From Chloroflexota bacterium (lineage in GTDB: Bacteria > Chloroflexota > Limnocylindria > P2-11E), in the NCBI GenBank assembly GCA_027310565.1, contig DAIDAP010000016.1, positions 25,017-89,016 on the forward strand: a stretch of DNA of 64,000 nucleotides. The letters are read 5' to 3'. Shown here in pieces: positions 48,930 to 58,212 of this stretch. Under the pieces are notes generated by a model. The model was not told the DNA's origin and did not search any database. It worked only from the letters and a program-made list of their open reading frames with translations. Each line of letters opens with the position of its first letter. Positions within the stretch are counted from its first letter, which is position 1. The position numbers and the translations under genes are program-made.

Positions 48930-49853
48930 ATGGGGAGCGTCGCCTGGCTCTTCCCCGGCCAGGGCTCGCAGGCCGTCGGCATGGGGCGTGAGCTCGCGGA
49001 GCGATACGCGTCGGCGATGCGCGTCTTCGACGAGGCGTCGTCGGCGCTCGGCCTCGACCTGAAGCGTCTCTGCTGGGAGGGGCCGCAAGCCGATCTCGAT
49101 CGGACCGCGAACACGCAGCCGGCGCTCCTCGCCGCGTCGATCGCGTCGCTGCGCGCGGCGGAGGAGGAGGGCGGCCCGCTCGCCGAGCCCGTCGTCGTCC
49201 TCGGGCATTCGCTCGGCGAGTTCAGCGCGCTCGTCGCCGCGGGCGCGCTCGCGCTGGCCGACGCGGTGCGGCTGGTGCGCCGTCGCGGCGCGCTCATGCA
49301 GGAGGCCGACCCGGCCGGCGGGATGCTCGCGGTCATCGGCCTCGACGCCGACGCGATCGCGCGCGCGATCGAGCCCACGCGCATGGTCGTCGCGAACGAC
49401 AACGCGCCGGGGCAGGTCGTGATCAGCGGACCGCGCGACGACTTCGAGCGCGCCGCGGACGCGCTCAGGGCCGCCGGCGCGAAGCGCGTGATCCCGCTGC
49501 GCACGTCCGCGGCGTTCCACTCGCCGGCGATGCGCGCCGTCGCCCCGGACCTGCGCCGCGCGCTCGACGCCGCGGGCTGGCGGGCGCTCCGGTACCGGGT
49601 CATCGCGAACGTCGACGCCGAGGTGCATGAAGATGCGGCCGATTTCCCGGAATCGCTGGAGAGGCAGGTGTGGTCTCCGGTACGATGGGTTGCCTCGATG
49701 CGGCGCGCGGAAGGGGAGGGCGCGACCGGCTTCGTCGAGTTCGGCCCCGGCGGCGTCCTGACCGGGCTCGCGCGGCGCATCCTCGCGGAGCCGAGGGTGG
49801 CGAACGTGTCCGACGTAGCGACGTTGAAGGAGGCGCTTCCTGTCCTTCGATAA
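48930..49853 (+). CDS. fabD: Malonyl-CoA:ACP transacylase
   Basis: FPGQGSQ, TQPAL, GHSLGE, AFHS, PVRW, EFGPG. Confidence 0.96.
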   Translation: MGSVAWLFPGQGSQAVGMGRELAERYASAMRVFDEASSALGLDLKRLCWEGPQADLDRTANTQPALLAASIASLRAAEEEGGPLAEPVVVLGHSLGEFSALVAAGALALADAVRLVRRRGALMQEADPAGGMLAVIGLDADAIARAIEPTRMVVANDNAPGQVVISGPRDDFERAADALRAAGAKRVIPLRTSAAFHSPAMRAVAPDLRRALDAAGWRALRYRVIANVDAEVHEDAADFPESLERQVWSPVRWVASMRRAEGEGATGFVEFGPGGVLTGLARRILAEPRVANVSDVATLKEALPVLR

Positions 49854-51198
49854 GGTGCTCATCGCGAACCGCGGCGAGATCGCGCTGCGGGTCATCCGCG
49901 CATGCCGCGAGCTCGGGATCCAGTCGGTGCTCGTGTACAGCGAGGCGGACGCGCACAGCCTCCCGGTCCACGTCGCCGACGAGGCCATCTGCGTCGGCCC
50001 GGCCGCGGCGCGCGACTCCTACCTGAACATCCCCGCGATCATGTCCGCCGCGCTCATCAGCGGCGCGCAGGCCATCCATCCCGGCTACGGCTTCCTCTCG
50101 GAGAGCGCCGACTTCGCGGAGGTCTGCCGCGATCACGGGCTCACCTTCATCGGCCCGCCGCCCGAGGTGCTGGCCAGGTTCCACGACAAGGCCGCGACGC
50201 GCACCGCGATGAGCCGCCTCGGCCTGCCGGTGATCCCCGGCTCGGACGGCCCCGTGCGCACGGTCGCGGAGGCGCTGCGCATCGCGGAGGCCATCGGCTA
50301 CCCGGTGATGCTGAAGGCCAGGGCAGGCGGCGGCGGACGCGGGATGCGCAAGGTGACCTCGCCGCACGATCTGCGGCGCCTGTGGGATCAGGCGCGCGGC
50401 GAGGCGAAGGCGTCGTTCGGCGACGAAGGCATCTATCTCGAGCGCTGCCTCGAGGGCGTGCGCCACGTCGAGGCGCAGATCGCGGTGGACGAGTACGGGA
50501 GCGGCATCTGCCTCGGCGAGCGCGAGTGCTCCATCCAGCGCCGCAACCAGAAGCTCATCGAGGAGGCGCCGTCCGCGTCCATCGGCGAGCCGCTGCGCCA
50601 GGAGATCGCGCGTCAGGCGGTCGACGCGGCGGTGCGCTCGGGATACCGCAACGTCGGTACTTTCGAGTTCCTCGTCGACCGGGACGGGCGCTTCTACTTC
50701 ATCGAGGTGAACTCGCGCATCCAGGTGGAGCACACCATCACCGAGGTGACCACCGGGATCGATCTCGTGAAGGAGCAGATCGCCCTCGCGGCCGGGCAGC
50801 CGCTCTCGTTCAGCGAGGAGCAGATCTGGGTCCAGGGCCACGCGATCGAGTGCCGCATCAACGCCGAGGACAGCGAGCAGAACTTCGCACCCTCCACCGG
50901 CGTGCTCACGACCTGGCTGCCGCCCGCGGGTCCGGGGATCCGTGTCGACTCGCACTGCTTCCAGGGCTACGAGGTGCCGCCGTACTACGACTCGCTGCTC
51001 GCGAAGGTCATCGCCTGGGGCCGCGACCGTGCCGAGGCGGTGGCGCGCATGCAGCGCGCGCTCGACGAGTTCACGATCGTCGGCGTCACGACGAACATCC
51101 CGGCGCACAAGAAGATCCTCGGGAGCGACCTGTTCCGGACCGGACAGGTGACGACGCACCTCATCGACACGGTCGGGGTGGACGCGATCGCGGGGTAG
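49840..51198 (+). CDS. accC: Biotin carboxylase
   Basis: FDKVLIANRGEIA, HPGYGFLSE, GGGGRGM, ECSIQRRNQK, EVNSRIQVEH, YYDSL; likely CTG start at 49840 (ORF track uses GTG 49855). Confidence 0.96.
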   Translation: MSFDKVLIANRGEIALRVIRACRELGIQSVLVYSEADAHSLPVHVADEAICVGPAAARDSYLNIPAIMSAALISGAQAIHPGYGFLSESADFAEVCRDHGLTFIGPPPEVLARFHDKAATRTAMSRLGLPVIPGSDGPVRTVAEALRIAEAIGYPVMLKARAGGGGRGMRKVTSPHDLRRLWDQARGEAKASFGDEGIYLERCLEGVRHVEAQIAVDEYGSGICLGERECSIQRRNQKLIEEAPSASIGEPLRQEIARQAVDAAVRSGYRNVGTFEFLVDRDGRFYFIEVNSRIQVEHTITEVTTGIDLVKEQIALAAGQPLSFSEEQIWVQGHAIECRINAEDSEQNFAPSTGVLTTWLPPAGPGIRVDSHCFQGYEVPPYYDSLLAKVIAWGRDRAEAVARMQRALDEFTIVGVTTNIPAHKKILGSDLFRTGQVTTHLIDTVGVDAIAG

Positions 51199-51229
51199 CG
51201 CGTGATCGTGCGTCGGTAGACTGCGGTGC

Positions 51230-51673
51230 GTGGACATCCTCGACCGCGCGGGCATCGAAGCGCTCATCCCGCACCGCGAGCCGTTCCTCCTCATCGACCG
51301 CGTGACGGCGCTCGAGCCCGGCGTGCGCGCGGTCGCCGAGCACACCTTCAGCGGCGAGGAGTGGTACCTCCAAGGCCACTTCCCCGGGAATCCGATCGTG
51401 CCCGGCGTCATCCTCGTCGAATCGTGCGCCCAGGCCGCGACGGTCATGGCGATGAGCCTCCCCGAGTACCGCGACGGCCTCGGGCTCTTCGCGGGCATCG
51501 AGGAGATGCGCTTCAAGCGCATCGTGCGGCCGGGTGACACCGGCCGGTTCGAGGCGGTGATGGAGCGCTCGCGGCGCGGCGTCGCGCGCGTCGCCGTGAG
51601 GGCGTTCGTCGGCGACGAGCTCGCGGCGGAGGGCGTCATCGTGGCCGTGTTCCAGCCGCACGCGAAGCCGTGA
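51230..51673 (+). CDS. fabZ: 3-hydroxyacyl-ACP dehydratase
   Basis: IPHREPFLLIDR, GHFPGNPIVPGVILVE, FKRIVRPGD. Confidence 0.95.
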   Translation: MDILDRAGIEALIPHREPFLLIDRVTALEPGVRAVAEHTFSGEEWYLQGHFPGNPIVPGVILVESCAQAATVMAMSLPEYRDGLGLFAGIEEMRFKRIVRPGDTGRFEAVMERSRRGVARVAVRAFVGDELAAEGVIVAVFQPHAKP

Positions 51674-52587
51674 AGACCGTCGAGATCGTCGGCGTACCCA
51701 TGGATCTCGGCGGGAACCGCCGCGGGGTGGACATGGGTCCGTCGGCGGTGCGCTACGCCGGTCTCGCGGACACGCTCTCCGGCATCGGCTACCGCGTGCG
51801 TGACCGCGGGAACATCCGCGTCGCCGACCCGGACGAGGGCCGCGCGACGCACGAGGCGACGGCCGCCGGCGACGCCCGCCGCCCGCGCGCGCACAACGTC
51901 GACGAGATCGTGCGCGCGTGCGAGGAGCTCGCGCGGATGGTCGCGGACATCGTGCGCGCCGGAAACATCCCCATCGTGCTCGGCGGCGACCACTCCGTCG
52001 CGATCGGCACCATCGCCGGTCTCGATCGTGCGGGCAGGCGCGCCGGCGTCGTCTGGATCGACGCGCACGGGGACATCAACACCCCGGAGACCTCCCCGTC
52101 GGGGAACGTGCACGGCATGCCGTTCGCCGTCGCGCTCGGCCTCGCCGGCGATCCCTTCCCGGCGTCGCTGCGCGGGACGACCGACGGGACGCGCGGCGTG
52201 CTGCTCGGCGTCCGCGACGTCGACGAGGGCGAGAAGACGAACATCACGAGCGCCCGCGTGACCGCGATCACGATGGCGGACATCGACCGGATCGGGATGG
52301 CCGCGGCGGTGGAGAAGGCGATCGCGGTCGCCGGCCGCGACGGCCCCGTCCACCTCTCGCTCGACATGGACGCGCTCGATCCGAACGAGGCGCCGGGCGT
52401 CGGAACCCCGGTGCGCGGCGGCCTCACCTACCGCGAGGCGCAGCTCGCGATGGAGATGCTCGCGGCGTCGGGGAAGCTCGGGTCGATCGAGGTCGCCGAG
52501 GTGAACCCGATCCTCGACGCGGAGAACCGCACGGCCGGCCTCGCCGTGGAGCTCGTCGCGAGCGCGCTGGGGGAGACGATCCTCTAG
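51670..52587 (+). CDS. rocF: Arginase
   Basis: GVDMGP, GGDHS, DAHGDINTPETSPSGNVHGMP, SLDMDALDP, EVNP. Confidence 0.95.
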   Translation: MKTVEIVGVPMDLGGNRRGVDMGPSAVRYAGLADTLSGIGYRVRDRGNIRVADPDEGRATHEATAAGDARRPRAHNVDEIVRACEELARMVADIVRAGNIPIVLGGDHSVAIGTIAGLDRAGRRAGVVWIDAHGDINTPETSPSGNVHGMPFAVALGLAGDPFPASLRGTTDGTRGVLLGVRDVDEGEKTNITSARVTAITMADIDRIGMAAAVEKAIAVAGRDGPVHLSLDMDALDPNEAPGVGTPVRGGLTYREAQLAMEMLAASGKLGSIEVAEVNPILDAENRTAGLAVELVASALGETIL

Positions 52588-53273
52588 ATCCGCTTTCTGT
52601 TCGTCACGGCGTGATGGAGCAGCGCCGCCGCTTCGCTCCGTCCGCGATCGCGGGCCACGTCGAGCGGCGTCTGGCCCTTCGCGTCGGTCGCCGATGGATC
52701 GGCACCCGCCGCGAGGAGCAGCTGCAGCACGGCGACGCTCCCCGTGAACGCGGCGGTGTGCAGCGGCGTGCCGCCGCTCGCGCTGCGCGCGTTCGGGTCG
52801 GCGCCCCCGTCGAGCAGGAGCCGGACGATGTCCTTCGCCGCGGAGCTCTCGTCGCCGGCGACCGCCGAGTGCAGCGCCGTGAACGCGCCGTCGCGTGATG
52901 CCGGGTGCACGTCGGCGCCGAGCGCGAGCAGCGCGCGCACGGCCTCGGATCGCTTGAAGAACGCGGCGAGGCCGAGCGGGAAGAACCCGTCGCCCGCCAT
53001 CGCGTTCACGACGGACGGATCGCGCTCGGCGAGCTCGCGCACCCGCGCCGCGTCGCCGACGGTCGCGGCCTCGTAGACGTCGAGGTCGGGCCGGTGCGTG
53101 AGGAGAGCGTTCGCGACCTCGGCCTTCCCGTGGTAGTAGGCGAGCAGGAGAGCGGAGGTCCCGTTCTCGTCGCGGGCTCCGAGCAGCGCCGGGTCCGCCC
53201 GCAGCCGACGCTCGACTCCCTCACGGTCGCCGCGCTTGACGGCCTCGAGGAACGCGCCTGTGTCCGCCGCCAT
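52584..53273 (-). CDS. Ankyrin-repeat protein
   Basis: GTSALLLA, GFFPLGLAAF, FTALHSAV, GGTPLHTAA, GQTPLDVA repeats. Confidence 0.92.
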   Translation of the reverse strand: MAADTGAFLEAVKRGDREGVERRLRADPALLGARDENGTSALLLAYYHGKAEVANALLTHRPDLDVYEAATVGDAARVRELAERDPSVVNAMAGDGFFPLGLAAFFKRSEAVRALLALGADVHPASRDGAFTALHSAVAGDESSAAKDIVRLLLDGGADPNARSASGGTPLHTAAFTGSVAVLQLLLAAGADPSATDAKGQTPLDVARDRGRSEAAALLHHAVTNRKRI

Positions 53274-53362
53274 GCCGGCAAGTGTCACGCAAACGGGGCC
53301 GCGGGATGGACGACGGGCCCTCCGGGCGTCGTCCCGGTCGTACTCTGGCGCCGGGGGAGGTC

Positions 53363-55522
53363 GTGCAGCTCCGCCTCTTCAACACCTTGACGCGCCGCGT
53401 GGAGCCCCTCGAGCCCCTCGTCCGGGGCGAGGTCCGCATGTACACGTGCGGCCCGACCGTGTACCGGCCGGTCCACCTGGGCAACCTGCGCTCGTACCTC
53501 CTCGCCGACTGGCTCCGCCGGGCCTGCGAGCTCGCCGGCCTGCGCGTGACGGCGGTGAAGAACGTCACCGACGTCGGGCACATGCGCCAGGACGCCGTCG
53601 ACCGGGGCGAGGACAAGGTCATCGCCGCGGCGCTCGCGGAGGGCAAGACGCCCATGCAGATCGCCGCCGCCTACGAGGCCGCCTTCCACGAGGACGAGGC
53701 GGCGCTCGGCATCCTCCCGGCGTCGGTGAACCCGCGCGCGACCGAACACGTCCCGGACATGATCCGGATGATCGAGCGGCTCCTCGAGCGCGGGCACGCC
53801 TACGAGCGCGACGGCACCGTGTACTACGCGGTGCGCAGCTTCCCCGGGTACGGCGCGCTCTCGGGCAACGTGCAGGAGGCGCTCCGGCAGGGCGTGCGCG
53901 CCGAGGTCGATCCCGCCAAGCGCCACCCCTCCGACTTCACGCTCTGGAAGCGCGCGGAGCCCGGGCGGATCGCGCTCACCTGGCCCTCGCCGTGGGGCGA
54001 GGGGTACCCCGGCTGGCACATCGAGTGTTCGGCGATGAGCACGCGCTACCTCGGCGAGCGCTTCGACGTGCACACCGGCGGCGTGGACAACGTCTTCCCG
54101 CACCACGAGGACGAGATCGCGCAGTCGGAGGGCGCGCTCGGTCACCGCGTCGTGTCGCACTGGGTCCACGGGCAGCACCTGCTCGCCGACGGCGTGAAGA
54201 TGGCGAAGTCCGCGCGCAACACCATGGAGATCCGCGAGATCCGCGACCTCGGGCTCGACCCGCTCGCCTTCCGCTACCAGTGCCTGCTCACGCGTTACCG
54301 GGCGCGCATGGAGTTCACGCCGGCGGCGCTGCGGCAGGCCGCCGAGGCGCTCGACCGGCTCCGGCAGCGCGTGCGCATGCTCGCGCAGCTTTCGCCCGAG
54401 GCGCCGGCGTCGCCGGAGGCGCGCGAGCGGTGGCTGCGGCGGTTCCGCGAGCGGCTCGCCGACGACCTCGACCTGCCCGGCGCGCTCTCGGCCGCGCACG
54501 CGTGTCTCGGCGATCGCGCGATGAGCGGCCGCGATCGGCTCGTCGCGCTCCTCGACATGGACGGCGTCCTCGGCCTCGGCCTCGCGTCGGTCTCGCGCGA
54601 GCGCGACGAGGCACCCGGCGAGGTCCGCGAGGTCGCGCTCCAGCGCCGCGACGCCCGCGCCGCACGCGCGCTGCGGGCCGCCGACGCGCTCCGGGGGAAG
54701 CTCGACGGATGGCGCGTCGACGACCTCCGCGGGCCGCGCGTGCTCCTCTCGCGCGCCGATCGCCGTCTCGCGCGGCGCGGCCGACGGCGCGTCGCGTCGG
54801 GGAAGGAGCTGCCCGACCGGCGCGGGGACGCGCCGGACCGCGACTGGTCGGTCTGCGTCGTGACGCGCGAGTTCCCCGAGGATCTCGAGCGCTGCGTGCG
54901 CGCGGTGCTCGCCCACGCCCCGGCGTCGACGGAGGTGCTGGTGCTCGACCAGGGCTCGGGCGACGCGGCCGCGGAGCGCGCGCTCACGCTCGCCGCCGAC
55001 CCGCGCGTGCGCGTCGTGCTCGCCGACCGCGACCTCGGCGAGGGCGCGGGGCGCAACGCGCTGCTGCGCATCGCGCGCGGCCGCTCGCTCCTCCAGCTCG
55101 ATCCGTCCGTCGAGATCAGCGGCGACCTGTTCGCCGCGCTCGACGCCGCGCTCGCCGCGGAGGACGTCGGCGTGGCCGGTCCGTGGGGCCTGCGCGCCGT
55201 CGACGGGCTGAAGCGGTTCGACGAGGTCGCCGCGGGCGAGGTCGACGCGGTCCAGGGCCACTGCTTCGCCACCCGCCGCGACCCGCTGCTCGCGATCGGC
55301 GGCTTCGACGAGCGCTACCGCTTCTACCGCAACCTCGACATCGCGACCTCGCTCGCGCTGCGCGAGGTCGGCCTGCGCGCGGTCGCCGCGGGCGCCGGCG
55401 CGGCGGCGCGGCACGCGCACCGTGGCTGGGAGCGGCTCGCGGAGGACGAGCGGGCCAAGCGCAGCCGCCGCAACCACGACCGCATGGTGCGCCGCTTCGG
55501 CGGCGCGGCGGCGCGGTCGTGA
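53363..55522 (+). CDS. cysS: Cysteine--tRNA ligase fused to a C-terminal GT2-like glycosyltransferase domain
   Basis: YTCGPTVY, HLGN, NVTDVGH, DFTLWK, PGWHIECSAM, FPHHEDE, KMAKS, ADDLD; from about 54842 SVCVV...VLVLDQGS...LGEGAGRN...GGFDERY. Confidence 0.85.
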   Translation: MQLRLFNTLTRRVEPLEPLVRGEVRMYTCGPTVYRPVHLGNLRSYLLADWLRRACELAGLRVTAVKNVTDVGHMRQDAVDRGEDKVIAAALAEGKTPMQIAAAYEAAFHEDEAALGILPASVNPRATEHVPDMIRMIERLLERGHAYERDGTVYYAVRSFPGYGALSGNVQEALRQGVRAEVDPAKRHPSDFTLWKRAEPGRIALTWPSPWGEGYPGWHIECSAMSTRYLGERFDVHTGGVDNVFPHHEDEIAQSEGALGHRVVSHWVHGQHLLADGVKMAKSARNTMEIREIRDLGLDPLAFRYQCLLTRYRARMEFTPAALRQAAEALDRLRQRVRMLAQLSPEAPASPEARERWLRRFRERLADDLDLPGALSAAHACLGDRAMSGRDRLVALLDMDGVLGLGLASVSRERDEAPGEVREVALQRRDARAARALRAADALRGKLDGWRVDDLRGPRVLLSRADRRLARRGRRRVASGKELPDRRGDAPDRDWSVCVVTREFPEDLERCVRAVLAHAPASTEVLVLDQGSGDAAAERALTLAADPRVRVVLADRDLGEGAGRNALLRIARGRSLLQLDPSVEISGDLFAALDAALAAEDVGVAGPWGLRAVDGLKRFDEVAAGEVDAVQGHCFATRRDPLLAIGGFDERYRFYRNLDIATSLALREVGLRAVAAGAGAAARHAHRGWERLAEDERAKRSRRNHDRMVRRFGGAAARS

Positions 55523-56256
55523 GCCGCGGGCGGCTCGTGCTCTGCGGGTCCGGCGAGTTCACGCCGGCGATGGCCGCCGTCGACCGCGAGATTCTGGACG
55601 GGATCGGCAGGCGCGCGCCGCGGGTCGCCATCGTGCCGACGGCCGCGGGGCTCGAGGACACGCCGCGCGCGTGGGTCGCGATGGGGTCGGAGCACTTCCG
55701 CGCTCTCGGCGCTGAGCCGGTCGGCGTGATGGTGCTCCGGCGCGCGGACGCCGAGGACGCGGCGTGCTGCGACGCGATCGCCGGCGCCGACTGGATCTAC
55801 TTCTCCGGCGGCCAGCCCGGCCACCTCGTGGACACGCTCGCGGGCTCGCGTTTCTGGGACGCGGTCCGCGCGCGGCTCCGCGACGGCGCCGTCCTCGCCG
55901 GCGCGAGCGCGGGCGCGATGATGCTCGGCGGACGGACCTTCGACCCCCGCGGACGCGACGCCGACGGCCTGCCCACGAGCATGGGCATCCGCGAGGGGCT
56001 GGGGGTCCTGCCGGAGGTGATCGTCGCCCCGCACTTCGACGCCATCCCGGAGGCGCGCTGGCGGCACTGGGCGGCGCTGCGGCGCGACGGGGACCGCGTC
56101 CTCGGCATCGACGAGGAAACCGCGCTCGTCGAGCAGCGGGCCGGCTGGAGCGTCCGCGGACGGGGCCGCGTGACGATCGTCGACCGCGGTGGCGCCGGCG
56201 TCGCGCACCCCAGCGGCGCTCGGCTCGACGGCCTCGCGCGCGTCGCCCTTCCCTAG
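55519..56256 (+). CDS. Peptidase S51 / cyanophycinase-like protein
   Basis: GTGA-coupled; GSGE, VPTA, YFSGG, nucleophile elbow GASAGAM, PHFD, LGIDEETA. Confidence 0.85.
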   Translation: MSRGRLVLCGSGEFTPAMAAVDREILDGIGRRAPRVAIVPTAAGLEDTPRAWVAMGSEHFRALGAEPVGVMVLRRADAEDAACCDAIAGADWIYFSGGQPGHLVDTLAGSRFWDAVRARLRDGAVLAGASAGAMMLGGRTFDPRGRDADGLPTSMGIREGLGVLPEVIVAPHFDAIPEARWRHWAALRRDGDRVLGIDEETALVEQRAGWSVRGRGRVTIVDRGGAGVAHPSGARLDGLARVALP

Positions 56257-56266
56257 ACTGGACGTC

Positions 56267-57520
56267 GTGCGCAGCGACCGCCGGCGCCGCGTCGTCGTGA
56301 CCGGCATCGGGATGATCACGCCGCTCGGTTCGACCGTCGAGACGACCTGGCAGGGCATCCTCGCCGGGCGGAGCGGGATCGGCCCGATCACGCGCTTCGA
56401 CACGAGCGGGCTCGAGACGACCATCGCGGGCGAGGTCCGCGACTTCGACCCGACGCTCTACATGGATCGCAAGGAGATTCGCCGTGCGGACCGCTTCGCG
56501 CAGCTCGCCGTCGCGACCGCCGGCCAGGCCCTCGCCGACGCGTCGCTCGCGATCACGCCCGAGAACGCGCCGCGCGTCGGGGTTGCGTTCGGCTCGGGCA
56601 TCGGCGGCGTGAGCACGCTCGTCGACAACATCCTCGCGCACGCGAAGGATCCTCGGAAGGTCTCGCCGTTCATGATCCCGATGATGATCATCGACATGGC
56701 CGCGGGCGAGATCGCGATGAAGTACGGCGCGAAAGGCTCGAACATGGCGCACGTGTCCGCATGCGCCTCGAGCGCGCACGCGATCGGCGAGGCCGCCGCG
56801 ACGATCGGCCGCGGCCAGGCCGACGTCATGCTCGCGGGCGGGTCGGAGGCCGGGCTCATCAAGATCTCCATCGCCGCCTTCAACCAGGCGCGGGCGCTCT
56901 CGACCCGCAACGACGATCCGGCCGGAGCCTCGCGCCCGTTCGACCGCGACCGCGATGGCTTCGTCTTCAGCGAGGCGGCCGGCTGCCTGGTGCTGGAGGA
57001 GCTCGAGCACGCGCGCTCCCGCGGCGCGCGCATCATCGCCGAAGTGATCGGCCACGGCATGTCGGCGGACGCGTACCACATCACCGCGCCGGCGGAGGGC
57101 GCCGAGGGCGCGGTGCGCGCGATGCGCATGGCGATCGCGGACGCGGGCGTCGCCGCGAGCGACGTGGACTACATCAACGCGCACGGCACGTCGACCCAGG
57201 CGAACGACGGCTCCGAGACGGCGGCGATCAAGACCGTCTTCGGGAAGCACGCGTACGAGCTCGCGGTGTCCTCGACGAAGTCCATGACCGGCCACACCCT
57301 CGGCGCGGCCGGCGCGATCGAGGTGATCTTCTGCGTGCTCGCGATGCGCGACGGGATGCTTCCGCCCACGATCAACCAGCACACCCCCGACCCGGAGTGC
57401 GACCTCGACTACGTGCCGAACGCCGCGCGCGCCGCGCGCGTGGACGTGGCGATGTCAAACTCGATGGGCTTCGGCGGGCACAACGCGTCGCTCATCATGC
57501 GCGCGGGAGCACTCACGTAG
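56267..57520 (+). CDS. fabF: 3-oxoacyl-ACP synthase II
   Basis: RVVVTGIG, SACASS, SRPFD, DAYHIT, NAHGTST, STKSMTGH, GFGGHN. Confidence 0.96.
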   Translation: MRSDRRRRVVVTGIGMITPLGSTVETTWQGILAGRSGIGPITRFDTSGLETTIAGEVRDFDPTLYMDRKEIRRADRFAQLAVATAGQALADASLAITPENAPRVGVAFGSGIGGVSTLVDNILAHAKDPRKVSPFMIPMMIIDMAAGEIAMKYGAKGSNMAHVSACASSAHAIGEAAATIGRGQADVMLAGGSEAGLIKISIAAFNQARALSTRNDDPAGASRPFDRDRDGFVFSEAAGCLVLEELEHARSRGARIIAEVIGHGMSADAYHITAPAEGAEGAVRAMRMAIADAGVAASDVDYINAHGTSTQANDGSETAAIKTVFGKHAYELAVSSTKSMTGHTLGAAGAIEVIFCVLAMRDGMLPPTINQHTPDPECDLDYVPNAARAARVDVAMSNSMGFGGHNASLIMRAGALT

Positions 57521-57978
57521 CCGATCCGAAGAAGCTGCGCGCCGACGCGAACGCGCTCGTCACCGAGCTGCTCGCCCGTCTCGACGCGGGCGACGTCCGC
57601 GACCTCGAGGTCCGCCGCGGCGGCCTCCGGGTGAAGGTGAGCCGCGAGCTCGCGCCGGTGCCGCAGCCGTTGGTGCCCGCGCCGCAGCCGCGTCCCGTGG
57701 CGATCCCGGCCGCGCCGGCCGAGCCGGCGAGGATCGAGTACCCCACGGTGAACGCGCCGCTCACCGGCATCTTCTACCGGTCGGCCACGCCGCAGGCCGC
57801 GTCGTTCACGCAGGTGGGATCGATCGTGTCGCCCGGAGACGTCATCGGGCTCATCGAGGCGATGAAGCTCTTCAACGAGATCCGCTCGCAGGCCGCGGGC
57901 AAGGTGCGCCGGATCATGGCCGAGAACGGCCAGCTCGTGCGCGCCCACCAGCCGCTCATCGAGCTGGAGCCGCTGTGA
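57517..57978 (+). CDS. accB: Acetyl-CoA carboxylase biotin carboxyl carrier protein
   Basis: N-domain DVRDLEV, Pro/Ala linker, APLTGIFYRS, IEAMKLFNEI; start uncertain (GTA 57517, CTG 57535, GTG 57631). Confidence 0.9.
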   Translation, partial: VADPKKLRADANALVTELLARLDAGDVRDLEVRRGGLRVKVSRELAPVPQPLVPAPQPRPVAIPAAPAEPARIEYPTVNAPLTGIFYRSATPQAASFTQVGSIVSPGDVIGLIEAMKLFNEIRSQAAGKVRRIMAENGQLVRAHQPLIELEPL

Positions 57979-58148
57979 CCGAGCCGACGTGCGTCGTCTG
58001 CAAGCAGCCGCTCGGTGCGGGCGGGGTGCGCCTGCGCTACGAGGGGGCGCTCTACGCGTTCGACGGCGAGCGCTGCAAGCGCATCTTCCAGGAGAACCCC
58101 GACCGCTGGCTCGACGCCCACGGCGGCGTGCTCGACCAGCCGCGTTAG
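57975..58148 (+). CDS. 57-aa YHS-like domain protein (absent from the ORF track)
   Basis: GTGA-coupled to accB; CVVC...YEGALYAFDGERCKRIFQENPDRW. Confidence 0.75.
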   Translation: MTEPTCVVCKQPLGAGGVRLRYEGALYAFDGERCKRIFQENPDRWLDAHGGVLDQPR

Positions 58149-58212
58149 TGTCGTCCGCTCGCTCACTCGACCGTCTCTGGCGCAGCACGAGCGACGGCGA
58201 CATCCTGTGCCC

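Noticed and set aside
52584-53273. Ankyrin protein as a host-interaction effector
   Set aside because: No secretion signal; short ankyrin proteins of this kind are common in free-living bacteria.
53363-54841. Calling the CysRS-like domain MshC
   Set aside because: It keeps CysRS-type GPTVY/HLGN and C-terminal helical elements and is fused to a GT-A rather than GT-B enzyme; no msh genes in the window.
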